A stretch of DNA of 57,570 bases, from assembly GCA_016748015.1 (NCBI GenBank), contig JAAOMT010000021.1, forward strand, positions 10,995 to 68,564, written 5' to 3'. Source of the stretch: Geosiphon pyriformis uo1 (taxonomy: Eukaryota; Fungi; Glomeromycota). Made by a program: the position numbers and the translations under genes. How positions within the stretch are numbered: the stretch's first letter is position 1; every line of letters begins with the position of its first letter. The notes below the pieces were generated by a model that searched no databases, was not told the DNA's origin, and was given only the letters and a program-made list of their open reading frames with translations. Shown here one piece after another: positions 1 to 13,849 of this stretch.

Positions 1-1179
1 AGATTTTAATGATCAAATTTATCAAAAATTAGAGAACGATTACGCAAGAATTCTCGAAGCTCTTGGCTTTAAAAATATTCTACCAAATCTATTCCCAATA
101 TTCTTGTCCTTTCCTCCATATCAAAAGGAGCTTTCCAACATTATACAAATACGTGACGAATTGGAAACACTAATGCGAGGCTTATTGAAAAGAGTAGAGG
201 ATGATTTGGAAAAGAAACCATGTGTTTCCCAAGATTTTTTGCAGAAATTGAATGAAGGCTCTATTGACGAGTCAAGCGTTATTGCATTATGCAATGAGTT
301 TATGCTAGCAGGAACAGTGAGTCCATAAATCCTATTTTAATAAGTGAATATCGTTATAATAAGTCGGATAAATTTTAAAAATCTTTTTGTCAATTCTAGG
401 AAACCGTAGCACTTACTATATATTGGCTTATTGCAATTTTAGCCAATCATCCTGAGTTTCAGCAGAAAGCACACGACGAATTAGACAAAGTAGTTGGACG
501 TGAACGCTTACCAAACATATCTGATTTTAACTCACTTCCATATATCCAATCGCTGATTAAAGAAACTCTTCGTTGGATTCCTCTCGTTAGGAAGCTTTTT
601 ATATTCCACTACATTTTTTTTTCGAAAATATATCACTTATAAGTTCATTGTTTTATTATTATTATTATTATTAGGAACCAGCACCGATAAGGTTTCTTGA
701 ACAAGATAATGAATATTTAGAATATCATATCCCAAAAAATTCATTCATCTATTTAAATATTTATGCGTTGAATTTTGACGAAAATCGATATCAAAATCCC
801 GAAATTTTCAATCCGGATCGGTTTCTTGATTCAAAAGAAAGCATGGCCGCTTCGGCAAAAGGTCCCTACCAAAATCGAGATCATTATTCTTTTTCGATTG
901 GGAGAAGAAGTTGTACTGGAATTCATTTAGTAAGTTTTTCCCCGATTGATTTTATTTTCCCCAGATTCTGAAATTAAAATTTATATTTAATAGGCTGAAG
1001 CAGAATTGCTCTCTATCTTAAGTGGGCTACTTTGGACCTTTAAAATCGAAAACTTGAGACGGGATGCAACTGGAAGGGTTATTCCAATTGATCTAAACAA
1101 TTCGTTTAAAAGTCTTCTGCAGATTCCTAATCCATACAATGTTCGATTCATTCCAAGGCATCAAGAAATAAATCTTTGA
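1..1179 (+). CDS. Cytochrome P450, 3' part (5' end outside window); exons <1-316, 400-585, 675-929, 994-1179
   Basis: Spliced translation gives I-helix AGT|ET, K-helix KETLR (ExxR), PDRF and heme motif FSIGRRSCTG; GT-AG introns keep frame; stop TGA at 1177-1179. Confidence 0.93.
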
Positions 1180-2049
1180 ACTTATAATTAAAATAATATT
1201 TCAAGTTTCCTTGATTCTTTGATTTAATATTATAATATCAATTTATAGGGATATATAAATATATTTATCATTAGTATTTTATAATAAAAAATTCAAATAT
1301 CTTGAGATTGTTATAATTTACAATTAATTTTTTTATTGCGTATGGTGTGATCCAGCCGCTATTTAAATGCGCTTTCTGCACGTGACCAGCCACCCACTTA
1401 TGTATTTAATAGAATTTGAAATAAAAATAAGTTAAAATACTTATTTTTTAAATGTTGGTTTCAAAAAAAAATGTAATTAACTACTATTATTATTCTAAAA
1501 TATTTCAAATAGCCAAGATAATCTCTGAATTGATTATATTATTTGATGTATAATTATTTATAAATCTATTTAAATACTAAATAAATTAGATAAGAATTGA
1601 AAGGGTTTATTAAAAAAAGGTTACTCATTTTTAATGTTAATTTAACATTATTGTAAATAAAAATTTTAAAATGTTTGATATTTAAAAAATATATTTTTTT
1701 TATTTCAATTTTAATATATTATACTATTAATATTTCTGAATTGAAAAATGGTCTTTAGGTGTGTGAGAATCAATTCTATAATAACATAAGTGTATATATA
1801 TAATATCATACTTTATATACTATATTTAAAATTTACACGTCTAAATATAATAAAAATAATACAATTAAGATCACGATTAGATCTATTAAAAGTTCTCTAT
1901 AAATATGATAGACAATAAAAATAAATAAGCACAAAAAATTGTATTTTTACTTATTAAAAAGTCTAATTTTTTTGTAGTATTATATGAAATATGATTTAGT
2001 AAATTGAATTTAAATAATAAATTAATTAATAAAATCTATTATTTATAAA

Positions 2050-2112
2050 AACTAGCCATTTGAGCAGTTGAAAAATAACTGGTATAAACTCTTGAATGAG
2101 TTATTAATCTTG
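2050..2112 (-). pseudogene. Small remnant of the C-terminal tail of the local kinase family
   Basis: ccatttgagcagttgaaaaataactggtataaactc...attaatcttg resembles 22351-22410, which encodes the HSGAVYKSRLLTAQM-type tail. Confidence 0.55.
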
Positions 2113-5100
2113 AACTGGAAGAGAGAACACTAAAGCCAAAGCAATCATCTGCAGTTCAGTCATTGTTAACAAAATCAAACTTAATATCTCAATACTGACT
2201 TATAAATCCAAATTTGCAAAAAATGCAAAAACACTATTATCCATTTCAATAGTACCAAACTCTCTTAGAATCTATCTGTAAAGATATTAATAATATTCAA
2301 ATTAGTTTCTCTTAAATTTTTATAAACTATGGAAAACCACATAAATTATATACATTATAAAAACAAAAACCATAAATTAAGAATGAATTATTATTATAAA
2401 ATCTCTATTTTCAAAAAACTTAACTGTTAACTTAAACTATTTGGACACAAAACATGAAGATTCAGTCTTTTCTAATAATAAAAACTTTTTAGTCAAAATA
2501 TTGTTTATGCTTACTTAACAGTTAACTAATAAAAGATTTTCTAAACCATTTTAATAAATATTTAATTTTATAGAACATTGAATTATCCAATACATCTAAT
2601 ATTAAAATATTATTAAAAAAACAAAAAGTGCTGGAAAAATTATTTATAAAAAAAAGATTACAGTTCAAAATTTTAATAATACTAACCAAAAAATTGTTTT
2701 TAAGATTAAATCTTAATCTTATAAGATGCTGTAAAAGTTCTTAATAATTTAACTTAGTACTTGCAAGTTTAAAAACTTATAATCAAATAACTGACCAAAA
2801 ATGCTTTTAATATCAGAAAATACAATACAAAAACAATTTTATTTCTAGTTTGGATCTTATTAACAATATTAAGTCATACAAAAAAGATAATACAAAGTAC
2901 TAATGAAAAATTTTTTCTAAATAAACCAGTTTTTGACTTCAAACTATTTCTAATTAAAACATTTTACTTGCTGCAAACACTTTTAAAAATAAAGCTTAAC
3001 TGCAATTTATAATTAACAATAGACTGTAGTATTACTAAAACCAAATAAAAAATATTTATCCAAAATTGTTTTCTTTAACACCATATTAGCAAAAAATCAA
3101 ATATCTAAAATATGTTTTAACAAAATTAGATTTAAATAAACTCTTTATTAAAATATTATTAATATTAAAAAACTTATTTGTAATGTTTAAAATATATTAA
3201 TAATAATCTTATAATTTTCAATTTAAATTGTGTTATTAAAAAATATTTTAGCAATTAAGTAAAATATTGAACAAGCCTAAATTTCAATTTGGTTAATTTT
3301 AGTAATAAACTTAGTTTTAATTCTGTAGCTACTTAAACTTTCATGTTTTTAATCTTACACAACAAAAATTTATGTAAAAAAATTACATTTTAATTCAAAT
3401 TATTATGTATTTTATAGCTTATAAGCCCAAAATATGTCATTATCTAATTATCTTTATTATAAAAATATTACTAAAGAATCTAATAAATTTTTTAAATAAT
3501 GTTATCTTACAAAATTATATATTTTAGAGAATTAATTACAACTTTATTCATTTTAGAGTATTTTTCACAATTAAATTTATTCTAAAAATGAAAAATTAGA
3601 TAGGAATATTTTTCAAAACCAAAAAATTTTCATTACAATATTACTTATAGAGAATATAGAATAATTAACACATAAAATAGAATAAAAAATAATATAATAT
3701 AATATTATTACAAATTACAAAAATTTTATATGAAAAATTTTATTAAAAAACTATCATGTTTAAAGAATTATTATTCATTTGAATAAAACTAAAAAATAAA
3801 ATAAAATATATTATTATAATTATATAAAAAAATTGAAATTTTCCAATTTAATAAAATCGATAAATATATATCTCTATTGCAATAATATTAGATTAAGTCT
3901 TTATTGGTAAAATTTAGTTTTGCACTAAATAAAATATTTTAAATAAAAAACTTCACGATGAGTACTCAGAGTGTTTCTTTAAATTTGAAAATTTTCTATT
4001 TGATAATTTGAATTAATTTTTGGCTCCTTATTTTATATTAAATATAGACAAAAAATATTCAAGAGAATCGTTAATATTTTTTTTATCTCAGCTATTAATA
4101 ACCGTAAATCTGCAATTTATTGTGCATATAAAAACATATTATATTTACTTTTATAAGATATGAAACCTGTTTTAATCATTATTTAAAATATTGAGAATAT
4201 TAGTAAAATATTTATAATGTCAAATAAAATATTTTTAGGTTTATTTACTAAATATAACGTTGAAATAAAATTAATATGTAGGGTGATATTTTATATTCAA
4301 GTATATAGTATATAAATTAATCTTAATTTTTATATTTCTCGATTTGAAATAAAATTTATTACGAATACTAGTAAAAATTTTATAAAATTAAATTAATAAT
4401 AATAGACTAAACCTTAAAATTTTTTAGCTTAAAGCTAGTAACGTATTCCCGTTTAAATGTAAATTTCAAGTAATCTCGAAATGGTGAAAAATTTTATTAT
4501 TAATACTAAAGATGTTGAAATGATTTCGATTCCAATAGGAAATCATTTTTGAAGCCATAAGAAAATTTTATTGGCTTACAATAATTTTTTATGAATTTGA
4601 ACAATATGAACATTCAGAAACATCAATTTAAAGATTACTAAATTTTATATATATTTTTTTTAGGATAAATAAATTATTAATTATAGAAGATATACAGATA
4701 TATTTTAAATTACGTTTTTTATTTGTGCATAAATTAATCAAGGCATTTATTGATTTTATACAAACAATACTATTTGATTGTGCTTCTATTCGCAGCAATT
4801 ACATAATTCCGATCAAATTTTCATAATAAATGTATTCAGAAAAATCATTCCGGGCTTGTTTAAATACCATTTAAGTTCTGAATGATTAAATAGTGGTGTG
4901 AAATACGACAACAATAATACCTTTCAAAGATTCTCAATCGGGCCACGGTAATATCGCAATTCCAGCTGTGTCAACTTTGGAATCATATGGAACTATATTT
5001 TCTTGTGTAAAATATTTTCCATTAAGTCCTTGTCAGAATTGTGTGAAACCGTTTTTTCATGAAAAAGAATCTTTTTGATATTTTAAGTTAAGTTTTATAA

Positions 5101-5727
5101 TTTGACTTGTTTCTTATGATATGTTTTAGTTATTGCTGATTTCCATTGGAATGTAAGATTACAATCCATTTTATGTTCAGAAATAGATTTTCTATACAAA
5201 AGTACACAGATATGATAGTATAGAGCAATCGATTATAAACAAAAATAACGTGGTCGCATAATTTTAGCCGTCCCCTGTGAAATGATAATAATTAAATTTT
5301 TATTATTATTCAAATAAGAACTTTTTTCAATTTTATTAAGTAAATAAATGACGCAATTAACTCAAAATTTGATAGTCTAGATGTTTGATAGATAAGCTAA
5401 TTAAAGAATTTAGTATGAAGGGAGTTAGAAAAAGAAGAAGAAATTTACGCTTTAAAAAACGGGGGTATTCGTATAACGCAATAAAGGTCTATTTCCATGA
5501 ACGATAAAACCAAAAGAGGGAAGGGATGCCAATGTGACGCCGAAACACTAACATTAGATCAGAGGCACTTCCGATTATGTTTTCGACTACGAAATATGGA
5601 CGCCATGTACTTAATCACTGACCATTTACATTGGATAATGGGTCCCACGGTTTTAAGGGGGATGTGAATTTGATTTCCCATACTGATTGTATTTAGCCAT
5701 TTTAGGATAGCCGAGACAAAAAAAATG

Positions 5728-5780
5728 AGTCATGAGGATCTGCTTAATATTACATTAGTCATGAGGATCCGCGTAATAAT
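5728..5780. repeat. 29-bp-period direct repeat (agtcatgaggatcYgcKtaata x2)
   Basis: Two copies starting at 5728 and 5757. Confidence 0.7.
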
Positions 5781-6410
5781 ATAAAAAATTTCCAGAAAGT
5801 ACTAAGGTTTCAAAAAGTGACGCTTTGTTTTTAATGACAACATATTAAAAACTCAGGAGGTTATCTTCAAATCAATTTTACTAAAAATGTCTAGTTAACC
5901 CCACCCTTGTATTCTTGGATTTTTTTTTTCGCGTTTTTGCGTGAAAAACAAACGCGTAATTTTTGATCTCAAAATCAACAACTTAGAGGCAGTACATATA
6001 TAAAGAGGTGTTCTCTGTCTTTAAGCAAAATTTTATCTTATATGGGATTACTCTTATCTTTATCGGCGACGAATTACCAACGTCCACTAACTCACGAACT
6101 CAACAGCTATAACCAGTACAACTAACGACTCACCACTCGCGACTCACGAATCCAAAGAACACTAAAAAAATCTAAGAGAGATTCATTCTCGTCTCCAGTC
6201 ATACTGATAATCGCAGCAGGTCTCCAAGGTTAAAACCTCGAGTTGATAGAACAATCCAGGTAAGGGTGTTGACGTATCTCTTCTAGCTCTAAGTGTTGGG
6301 TGAGGGAGGGGGGCATCCTTTACCGGAAAGAACCCCAACCTTAACCGAAGAAACTCAACCAAGCACGGGGTTTCCAACTCCTTTATATCGCCAAGTGTGG
6401 TGTTCTCTAA

Positions 6411-6664
6411 CCTCTGTGCATGCACCCATTCTGCCGAATGTCTGTTTTCACTTACGGTCAATGACATGAATTGTTATACCTCTGTGCGTGCACCCGTTCT
6501 TCCGAATGTCTGCTTCCACTTACGGTCAATGACATGAATTGTTATACCTCTGTGCGTGCACCCGTTCTTCCGAATGTCTGCTTCCACTTACGGTCAATGA
6601 CATGAATTGTTATACCTCTGTGCGTGCACCCGTTCTTCCGAATGTCTGCTTCCACTTACGGTCA
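6411..6664. repeat. 68-bp tandem repeat, at least 3.7 copies, running into an N gap
   Basis: tctgtgc recurs at 6413, 6481, 6549, 6617; copies 2-4 are identical and copy 1 is diverged. Confidence 0.95.
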
Positions 6665-6684
6665 NNNNNNNNNNNNNNNNNNNN

Positions 6685-6727
6685 GGCGGGAAAAGAAGAC
6701 CCTATTGAGATTGACTCTAGTTTGACA
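6685..6727 (+). rRNA. Short fragment of 28S/LSU rRNA (not a full gene)
   Basis: gcgggaaaagaagaccctattgagattgactctagtttgaca vs the conserved eukaryotic LSU segment gcggggaaagaagaccctgttgagcttgactctagtttgaca (3 mismatches in 42 nt, consensus recalled from memory). Confidence 0.8.
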
Positions 6728-6757
6728 CCAACAATTGACGGATAATCACTGCTCACC

Positions 6758-7142
6758 AATAATTCGCAAATTCAACATTCGAATAACCACCGGCCATCAA
6801 TAATTTGCAACTCAACATTCGAATAACCACCAGCCATCAATAATTCGCAACTCAACATTCGAATAACCACCGGCCATCAATAATTCGCAACTCAACATTC
6901 GAATAACCACCGGCCATCAATAATTCGCAACTCAACATTCGAATAACCACCGGCCATCAATAATTCGAAACTCAACATTCGAATAACCACCGGCCATCAA
7001 TAATTCGCAACTCAACATTCAAATAACCACCGGCCATCAATAATTCGAAACTCAACATTCGAATAACCACCGGCCACCAAAAATGCACGAATTCAATAAC
7101 TATCGCCCACTAGTAATTCGCAATTCAAAATTCGAATAACCA
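6758..7142. repeat. 40-bp tandem repeat (taattcgcaactcaacattcgaataaccaccggccatcaa), about 8 good copies plus degenerate ends
   Basis: gaataaccac recurs every 40 nt from 6781 to 7061; the unit contains the palindrome attcgaat. Confidence 0.95.
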
Positions 7143-7258
7143 ATGAATACGGAATAGAAAATCATGAACAATCGATCATCAAATAACTGAATTAAATTTT
7201 AGAGTTAGGTGGTGAGGAATTGATAATTGTTAGTTTGTTATTTATGCCTTGCAAGAAT

Positions 7259-7365
7259 AAAGAGTGGGAGGGGGGTAGTTTAAGATTTCTTACAAGAGTG
7301 AAGAGCGGGAGGAGGTAGTTTTAGTTTAAGATTTCTTACAAGAGTTAAGAGCGGGAGGGGGTAGC
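7259..7365. repeat. Three G-rich imperfect repeats (aagagYgggaggRggtag...ttaagatttcttacaagagt)
   Basis: Visible directly in the sequence, period about 40-46 nt. Confidence 0.8.
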
Positions 7366-8559
7366 CACATTTGTCAATTATCTTTTCTATATCCATCTAG
7401 TCCAGGAATAAAACTTTATCAGTATATAACAAAGTTATCATGGAAGGGTTTTTACAATGCCAAAGTTGTTTACCCGTTGCCAATTCTGATAAACTCTTGT
7501 TATTTACTGTTTATTGTTTAAGCCTATTGAAATTTAATTCAGAAATTTGAAATGATCGATATAAAATATTTAAGAAACCTAATGTATAATAAACTATTGT
7601 AATTAATATAAGTATTTTTAAATGAAATAGTTCGGTAGTAACTTTAAGAATTGCTAATATTAGCTTAAATCCAAGCAATAATAATTTTATTTTTAAACCA
7701 CTGATCAAATATCCTTGAGACCTTTTTTACGTAAGTTCGGATTTAAATATTAAATTAGGCAATATTGAGCATGGTTAATATATACTTTTTCACCGTGTAA
7801 AACGAAAGCCCTCTGCCCTTGCTATCGAAATATATTAATTTGATCAGCACGAATAAAAAATTTTATGGTCAGTATTAATTCGGAAAAATTTTTATGTCCA
7901 TAAGTTTTAAATGAGAAAAATGTGAATGTTTATTTTTAATTAAAACCAGAATTTTAAATTGAAAAACAAATTTTATTGGATTTGGAAATTTTAACTTAAA
8001 TTAAATCCACGCTAAAATACTTTTTCAATGAAGGCAAGGCCAAAATAAAATTTTAATTACTTCAATTTTTTGAACCTTTTCACTTAAAAATAGCGAAGTC
8101 TTAAATTTAGTTAAATAATTAGAATATTCATAAAAAAATTTATTAAAAAAAGGCAATAGACAATATATCTAAATAAAAATTTTCTAGAAAAATTTAATTA
8201 TCGGGATTAAATTTAATTTTAGTGTAAAAAAAATGGCTATTTAAGAATGATTGATTGTTACCATAGGAGGACATTGTGACATCATTTGTCCTAAATAAGG
8301 ACCAAGATGTGATGCGAAAGCTTTTTCATTCGATGCAGCCTTGGTTCTAACATTGCATTCCTAAATATATAATAATTTTAAAAGAATTGTTCAGATTAAA
8401 AACAAAATTTTGATTCTATAACAACTTATTAATTGACTTTCCAACTTTATCCCGCTCGTGGTTTTGGAGCCAGGGCATGGAATTATTATAATATGTCACT
8501 CTATATATTTTTAGATTCTTAAAGGAATTTAGCTAATGAGCGAATTGGTAGTTTCCGAA

Positions 8560-8810
8560 TCGAGTTTCACCATATGTGTAAACTTCAATCTGAGATACTT
8601 TTTCTATTATTATAGATTGGATTCTTAATTATTTCATCAACTTCGTCATTGCCGCTTTAGAAGTATTTATAATGTTTCTCAAAAAATATGAGCCAGCATG
8701 CCGCACACGAATTATAATCTTTATTATTTTTAATACTCCTTTGAAACCGTTTACATTCGTTGCAATCATGAACATATGGACGATATCTATTAATTTCTTT
8801 GTATTCCATG
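8560..8810 (-). pseudogene. N-terminal remnant of the local kinase family
   Basis: Minus strand reads ...CAACWLIF...SGNDEVDEIIKNPIY, matching CRACQFIF...SGNKLVDEIIKNPIY of the intact kinase at 49.8 kb; contains stops. Confidence 0.8.
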
Positions 8811-10559
8811 ATGTGGATAAAGAACAAAGTATAAAGAAGGATAAAATGTGAATAATTTATTATTCAAAGAGGGTTTCTTTAAAGGTTTATTCGATAATAC
8901 GTTTAGAAAGTTATTTTTCTAAAGGCGAGTTCTTAATTAATTGTGTTTTACTTTTAACACATCTTTGAATTAAACTCAAAATCATAACTTTACCTAGATA
9001 TTAAAGACTTTAATTTATTTTACATTTTCTATATATTAAAACATTTTTGAAGTTATGACTTAATTATAAAAAATTTTATTAAAATAAATTTTGTTATTGT
9101 AGTTGTTCAGCACTAAAACAGAAAAGTTTTATTAACGACCGCTTTTCATTTCTGTTTTTTTTAACTTTCTGTTTCAATTTCGGATGCTTTAACCATAATT
9201 TCGTAATCTCTTCTCTTATCAAATTGGATTAAATATCAAAAAAGATATTTTTCCTTTTATCTCAGAAAAGTTAATTGGGGAATAATCTGAAATTTTATAA
9301 AATCAGTTGGAATTTTTTTAAATTGGAATCAAGTGTTTTGGAATTTGTAACTAGTTTTTTTATCCATAAAATTTATTATAAAGTCAGTATTTTTGGGGTT
9401 TTAAAATATATAAATAATTATTTATTATGGGGTTTGAATAATTTTGTTTTTGAAATCAAATAAACTTGATAATTAAATTACTATTCAAAAAGAAATTATT
9501 ATAATGTAAAAGTTTTATAATTGATATTATTATTCTAGTATATTTTCTTCAAAATTTTATTTACATTCAATATTCTAGCATAAAATAATGCTCTAAGTTT
9601 AATAAATTTTGATTTTCTATATATTTATATATAATTTTTATTAATAATAAAATTGATTTTCAAAAAAAAGTTGAAAATTAAATTATTAACGACAAAATAT
9701 ATAGGTTTTATAAGTTTTAGAAAAATTGATTTTAATATTAATATCAGCTTTTTTGCAATGATAAGTTAATTTAAATTTTACATTAACGAAAATTGTTTTT
9801 CCTGACATTAAAAAGTCATAAAAAACAATTATATAAAAATTCTAAATTAAAAAACTTTTATTATTTTTAATTGATAAGAATAAAGTTTTTATAAAGTATT
9901 TTTTAAATATTCTTACTCGACTTATTTTTTTTATTTGCTGTTTCTAGTTTTCTCTATTGTTTTATTTCATAAGCAATAAATACATATCAATTACTTTAAC
10001 TGAAGATACCCTACACTAATGTTGTATACTACATATTAAATTTAATTAATTATTAATTGGTTTTTCGTAGCCCGATTCTTTGTAAAAAAAAGTTTTTTAA
10101 ATGATAATTACTTAGAATATTAGTTAATTTTAATCTTTTCTATCGCTAATTTGGGTTTAAAATTTAATTCGAAAACAGCATAAAGATGATGAATAATATG
10201 ATTGCTATTGTTATTCATTTCAGCCATTAATACCGTTTTAGGAATAAAATCCGATGGCACCATCTGCAAATGATTGTGAAATCCTTTCAAGAGTTTATAA
10301 ATCCTATTTTAAGTTAGAGATGTAAGTGATAATATGATTATAATTAATTTCAATAAGGGGATATTATATCTGAGGGCTAAAACTAGTAATAGGATAAATG
10401 TAGCTCATGGGCTTCCTACATTACGTTAAAACAGGAAATTTCTTAGTAGACATTGATAACAAAAACCTTTAACCAACTATGTTCTCAACCTGCGACATCA
10501 TACTTGCCGGCTTCCTCAAACCCATGAAAGACAAATGGTCAACCAAGAACGTTATTTGT

Positions 10560-10840
10560 TAAAAATATCTGGGCCCAGTTTATTGAGACGCGTCCTTTTC
10601 CATTTTGACTCTATTCCTGGCCGACGGAATCCAAATTTTGTCACGGCGCTTTTCGACAAAATTCCTCATTCATTTGACTATTTCAGTCTCTAAAGATGTA
10701 GCATCCCTGAAAACATAATGAATCAATAAACCATTCTTGAGCACACCTTTTTTGGCCAAAATTTTGTACATCTACGTATCGCCACGAGTGCCGAATTCCG
10801 AATACAAATCTCTCAATATTTCCAGATCCTGGAGTTTATC
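10560..10840 (-). mobile_element. Possible C-terminal remnant of a non-LTR (LINE-like) retroelement ORF
   Basis: Minus translation ...EIVK*MRNFVEKRRDKIWIPSARNRVKMEK recalls the 'IWxPR...EK' tail of Glomeromycotina LINE-like ORFs; short and interrupted by stops. Confidence 0.3.
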
Positions 10841-13800
10841 TTTATATTTTTTAAAAGTTAATTTACACAAAAATAATAAAATACCAAAGTACAGATAATT
10901 AGGATTTGAGGTAAACTTTTTTAATTGACTAATTAATTCTATTTCAAAAAAGTAAATATATAAATAAATTGCCTATTAATATAATCAGTAAAACTTTATT
11001 AATTGAAAAAAAGCTAATTCAACCAATTTTATTATGAAAAATATCTATTTAAGCTCATATTATTTTTTTTAATTTTAAATTGTAAAATATAATTATAAAC
11101 CTTACTTTAATTGAAGCTTTTTAATCAAAAAATTCTATATTTAAATCAAAAATCTGCCATATTTAAATCAGAAATATAACGGTAAAATAAAACTCATATA
11201 CATTAGCAATATTTTAAATTTTAATTTATTTTTATTTTCATAGTTTCCATTTAAATTAAAATTTATAATAAGCACTCAGTTAAAAATTCAACAAAAATCA
11301 AATTCTCAAAATATTTTTATTGGCTATTAGTCTTTTTGAATCTAATAGTAAAAAAATTAAGTTTTTTCTTTTCTGAGATTAATTACACAAAGTATAACTT
11401 TTTATTTTACAACTGCGGTAAGTAACAATATTCTCTTAATTTTTTGCTATTTTAAATATAAAATCAGAACAGGTTTTCACTCAAAATTTATTTTTTAAAT
11501 ACATTAGTTTTATGTTGACCTTAATGATGACATAATTAACACTAATCTAGCTAGAAATATGTCAATTTTAAATTATATTCTTTGCAAGATTTTGAGAATA
11601 ATAAGTTTTATAAAACGGAATTAGAAATTTTCAACATGATATATATTTTAAATTTTGCAGTTTATATTCAAGTATCTTATAGTATTTTAAAGCGAGTTGA
11701 GAGCTTGCTAAAGAATTTTCAATAAGTTTTATGCTATAAAATTAATCTTGATATTTAAAGTTTACACAAAGAAAAAGGTTAAATTTAGTGTATGAGAAAA
11801 TATGAATTTGAAATTATATCAAAATATTAAGGTATTTATAATTAAACAAAAGATTTTATATTATTTTAGAATAATAAATTCTTACTTTTTGAATAAATAT
11901 TCTGATATGATTTAAGCTTGTTCTCACCAATTTAAATCTTTTGAAAAAATTTAAAATTTTACATTTTGTCGAAATTAATTAATATGTTAATATTAAATAA
12001 TTTCGAGATAAATATGTAGAAAAATCAAAATTCAATTACATAATCTTGTTATGCTACTGTTTAGAAATAACTGTCAAAAGAACCTTCAATTATAACAAAA
12101 GGCAATAGAGGATATAAAGCTTATCCGTCGAAGTCACGAAAGATATTTACTATACATCTAAGACAAAAAACTATTATTTATTTAGAAATATTTATTGATA
12201 TTAGGTTTTAATTATATGTTAAAATTTTAGATAATGCAAAATCTAATCAATATTTGCAAACTTATTATTAAAATTGAGGTATTCAATTGACTTTACTAGA
12301 TTTTAACTACCAGGTTTATTAAAATTATTTGTGCTAACCTTTTGAGGCATATTCTGAAATTTAAAATTACAGAAATTTTTGACCATTTTATTTTCAACAA
12401 AAGGAATGAAACATTTAATTTTTTGGCTTAAAGACCACGTTTTTGGCTGCGCTAAAGCATAGTGATGCCGCATAAATAAATACTGGTTATTACTTTCACA
12501 ATATTGTAAAGACATAAAATAATAATTATTATTATTTTATTTGAGATTTCATTATTTCATATATGATTTTCAATTATTATTAATTAATTCTTTTTAAATA
12601 ATTTACAATATTATAATCTTTTTATATTTTTCAAATGATGAAAACTTTTCAGAAAATTCTTCAACCAAAGTCTTTCAAAATAATTAAAACCACATCACAA
12701 ATATGAAATTGTTCAAAATTTTAACCAATAAAATGATTAATATAAAAGAATAAAGTCTTCATATTTTTGTTCTTCGTATTTGAAATAGAAACATTCCATT
12801 ATTTATTTCATAGTGTAGTTTTTAAATACAATATTAAAGAATATCTTGAATACAAGTCCTAAATTATAATATTCGAAAACGCTTTAAAGAGTTTTACTTT
12901 TCATTGAAAATATTATTGATAATAAACTAAATTATCAATAAAAAAATTCTATTTAAAAATATTAAGTAAAGGTTAATTTCACTGCGATAAATAATTTTTT
13001 TTTAAGTTTCTCTTTTCTCTAATATAGTAGCAAAAAATATCCGAGCATGTCCATTGGTTCATTTCATATAATACTTGGGGAGTTTCTAAAGAAAGTATTA
13101 ATTGGGCTAAAACTAAGTTTAACACTTTACTAAAGCTTATTAGTGGTTCTTTTTTGCTTTTGAGACTCTTTTCACCCATGAAAACGAAAATGCCCACTTA
13201 AAACTTTTATCAAATTTCATGTTCTCAATTGAATAAATAAGAAAATTCTTGACTACAATTTAAATGAGTGTGGAAAAAGCGATCAAATCCTATAATTGTA
13301 AGCATTATATTTTATTTATTCAATCCAAATTTCGTGAACGATTTCGTACTTTTATTGGATAAATTTATATTTTATGCGTTTAATAAAATATTAAGTATGT
13401 GTCCCATTTTTAAATATACTGCGTTAATAATTTTTGAAGCTATTACCAACAGGTCAAAAATAATATCGTCAAGTCACGATATTGCTTTCCAAACTTATGA
13501 AAAGGAGGGATATGTGATGCTTAGGTCAATAAGCAAAGATCAATAATTTTACGGAATATTTAGATTAAAACAGAAGTTTCCTTTCTCGGTCCTATGAGAA
13601 AAGTAATGAAATATTATACTATGACATTTATTGAAAAAGAATTCTCAATTGAGTTTCTACAGGTCAAAGCACACCAGATTATTAATTCAAGGTTTTCCGC
13701 TGTGGGAAAAAATGACCATAATAATTAATTTGCTTTCCGACACATTTGTCTGAGTTCCTTATTTGTTAAATGGTTCGATAAATTTCCAATTTAGAACCAT

Positions 13801-13849
13801 ATATTTTATTAAATCCTAATTAACTAGAGTACTTAACAGTAGACTATCA

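Noticed and set aside
6183-6467. 94-aa minus-strand ORF in the GC-rich island
   Set aside because: It starts inside the tandem repeat and shows no recognisable domain.
6411-7142. CRISPR-like array
   Set aside because: Units are contiguous tandem copies with no unique spacers, and no cas genes are present.
7511-13546. Several short AT-rich ORFs (7511, 9275, 12303, 12979, 13268)
   Set aside because: Low-complexity F/I/K/N-rich translations, as expected by chance in AT-rich DNA.
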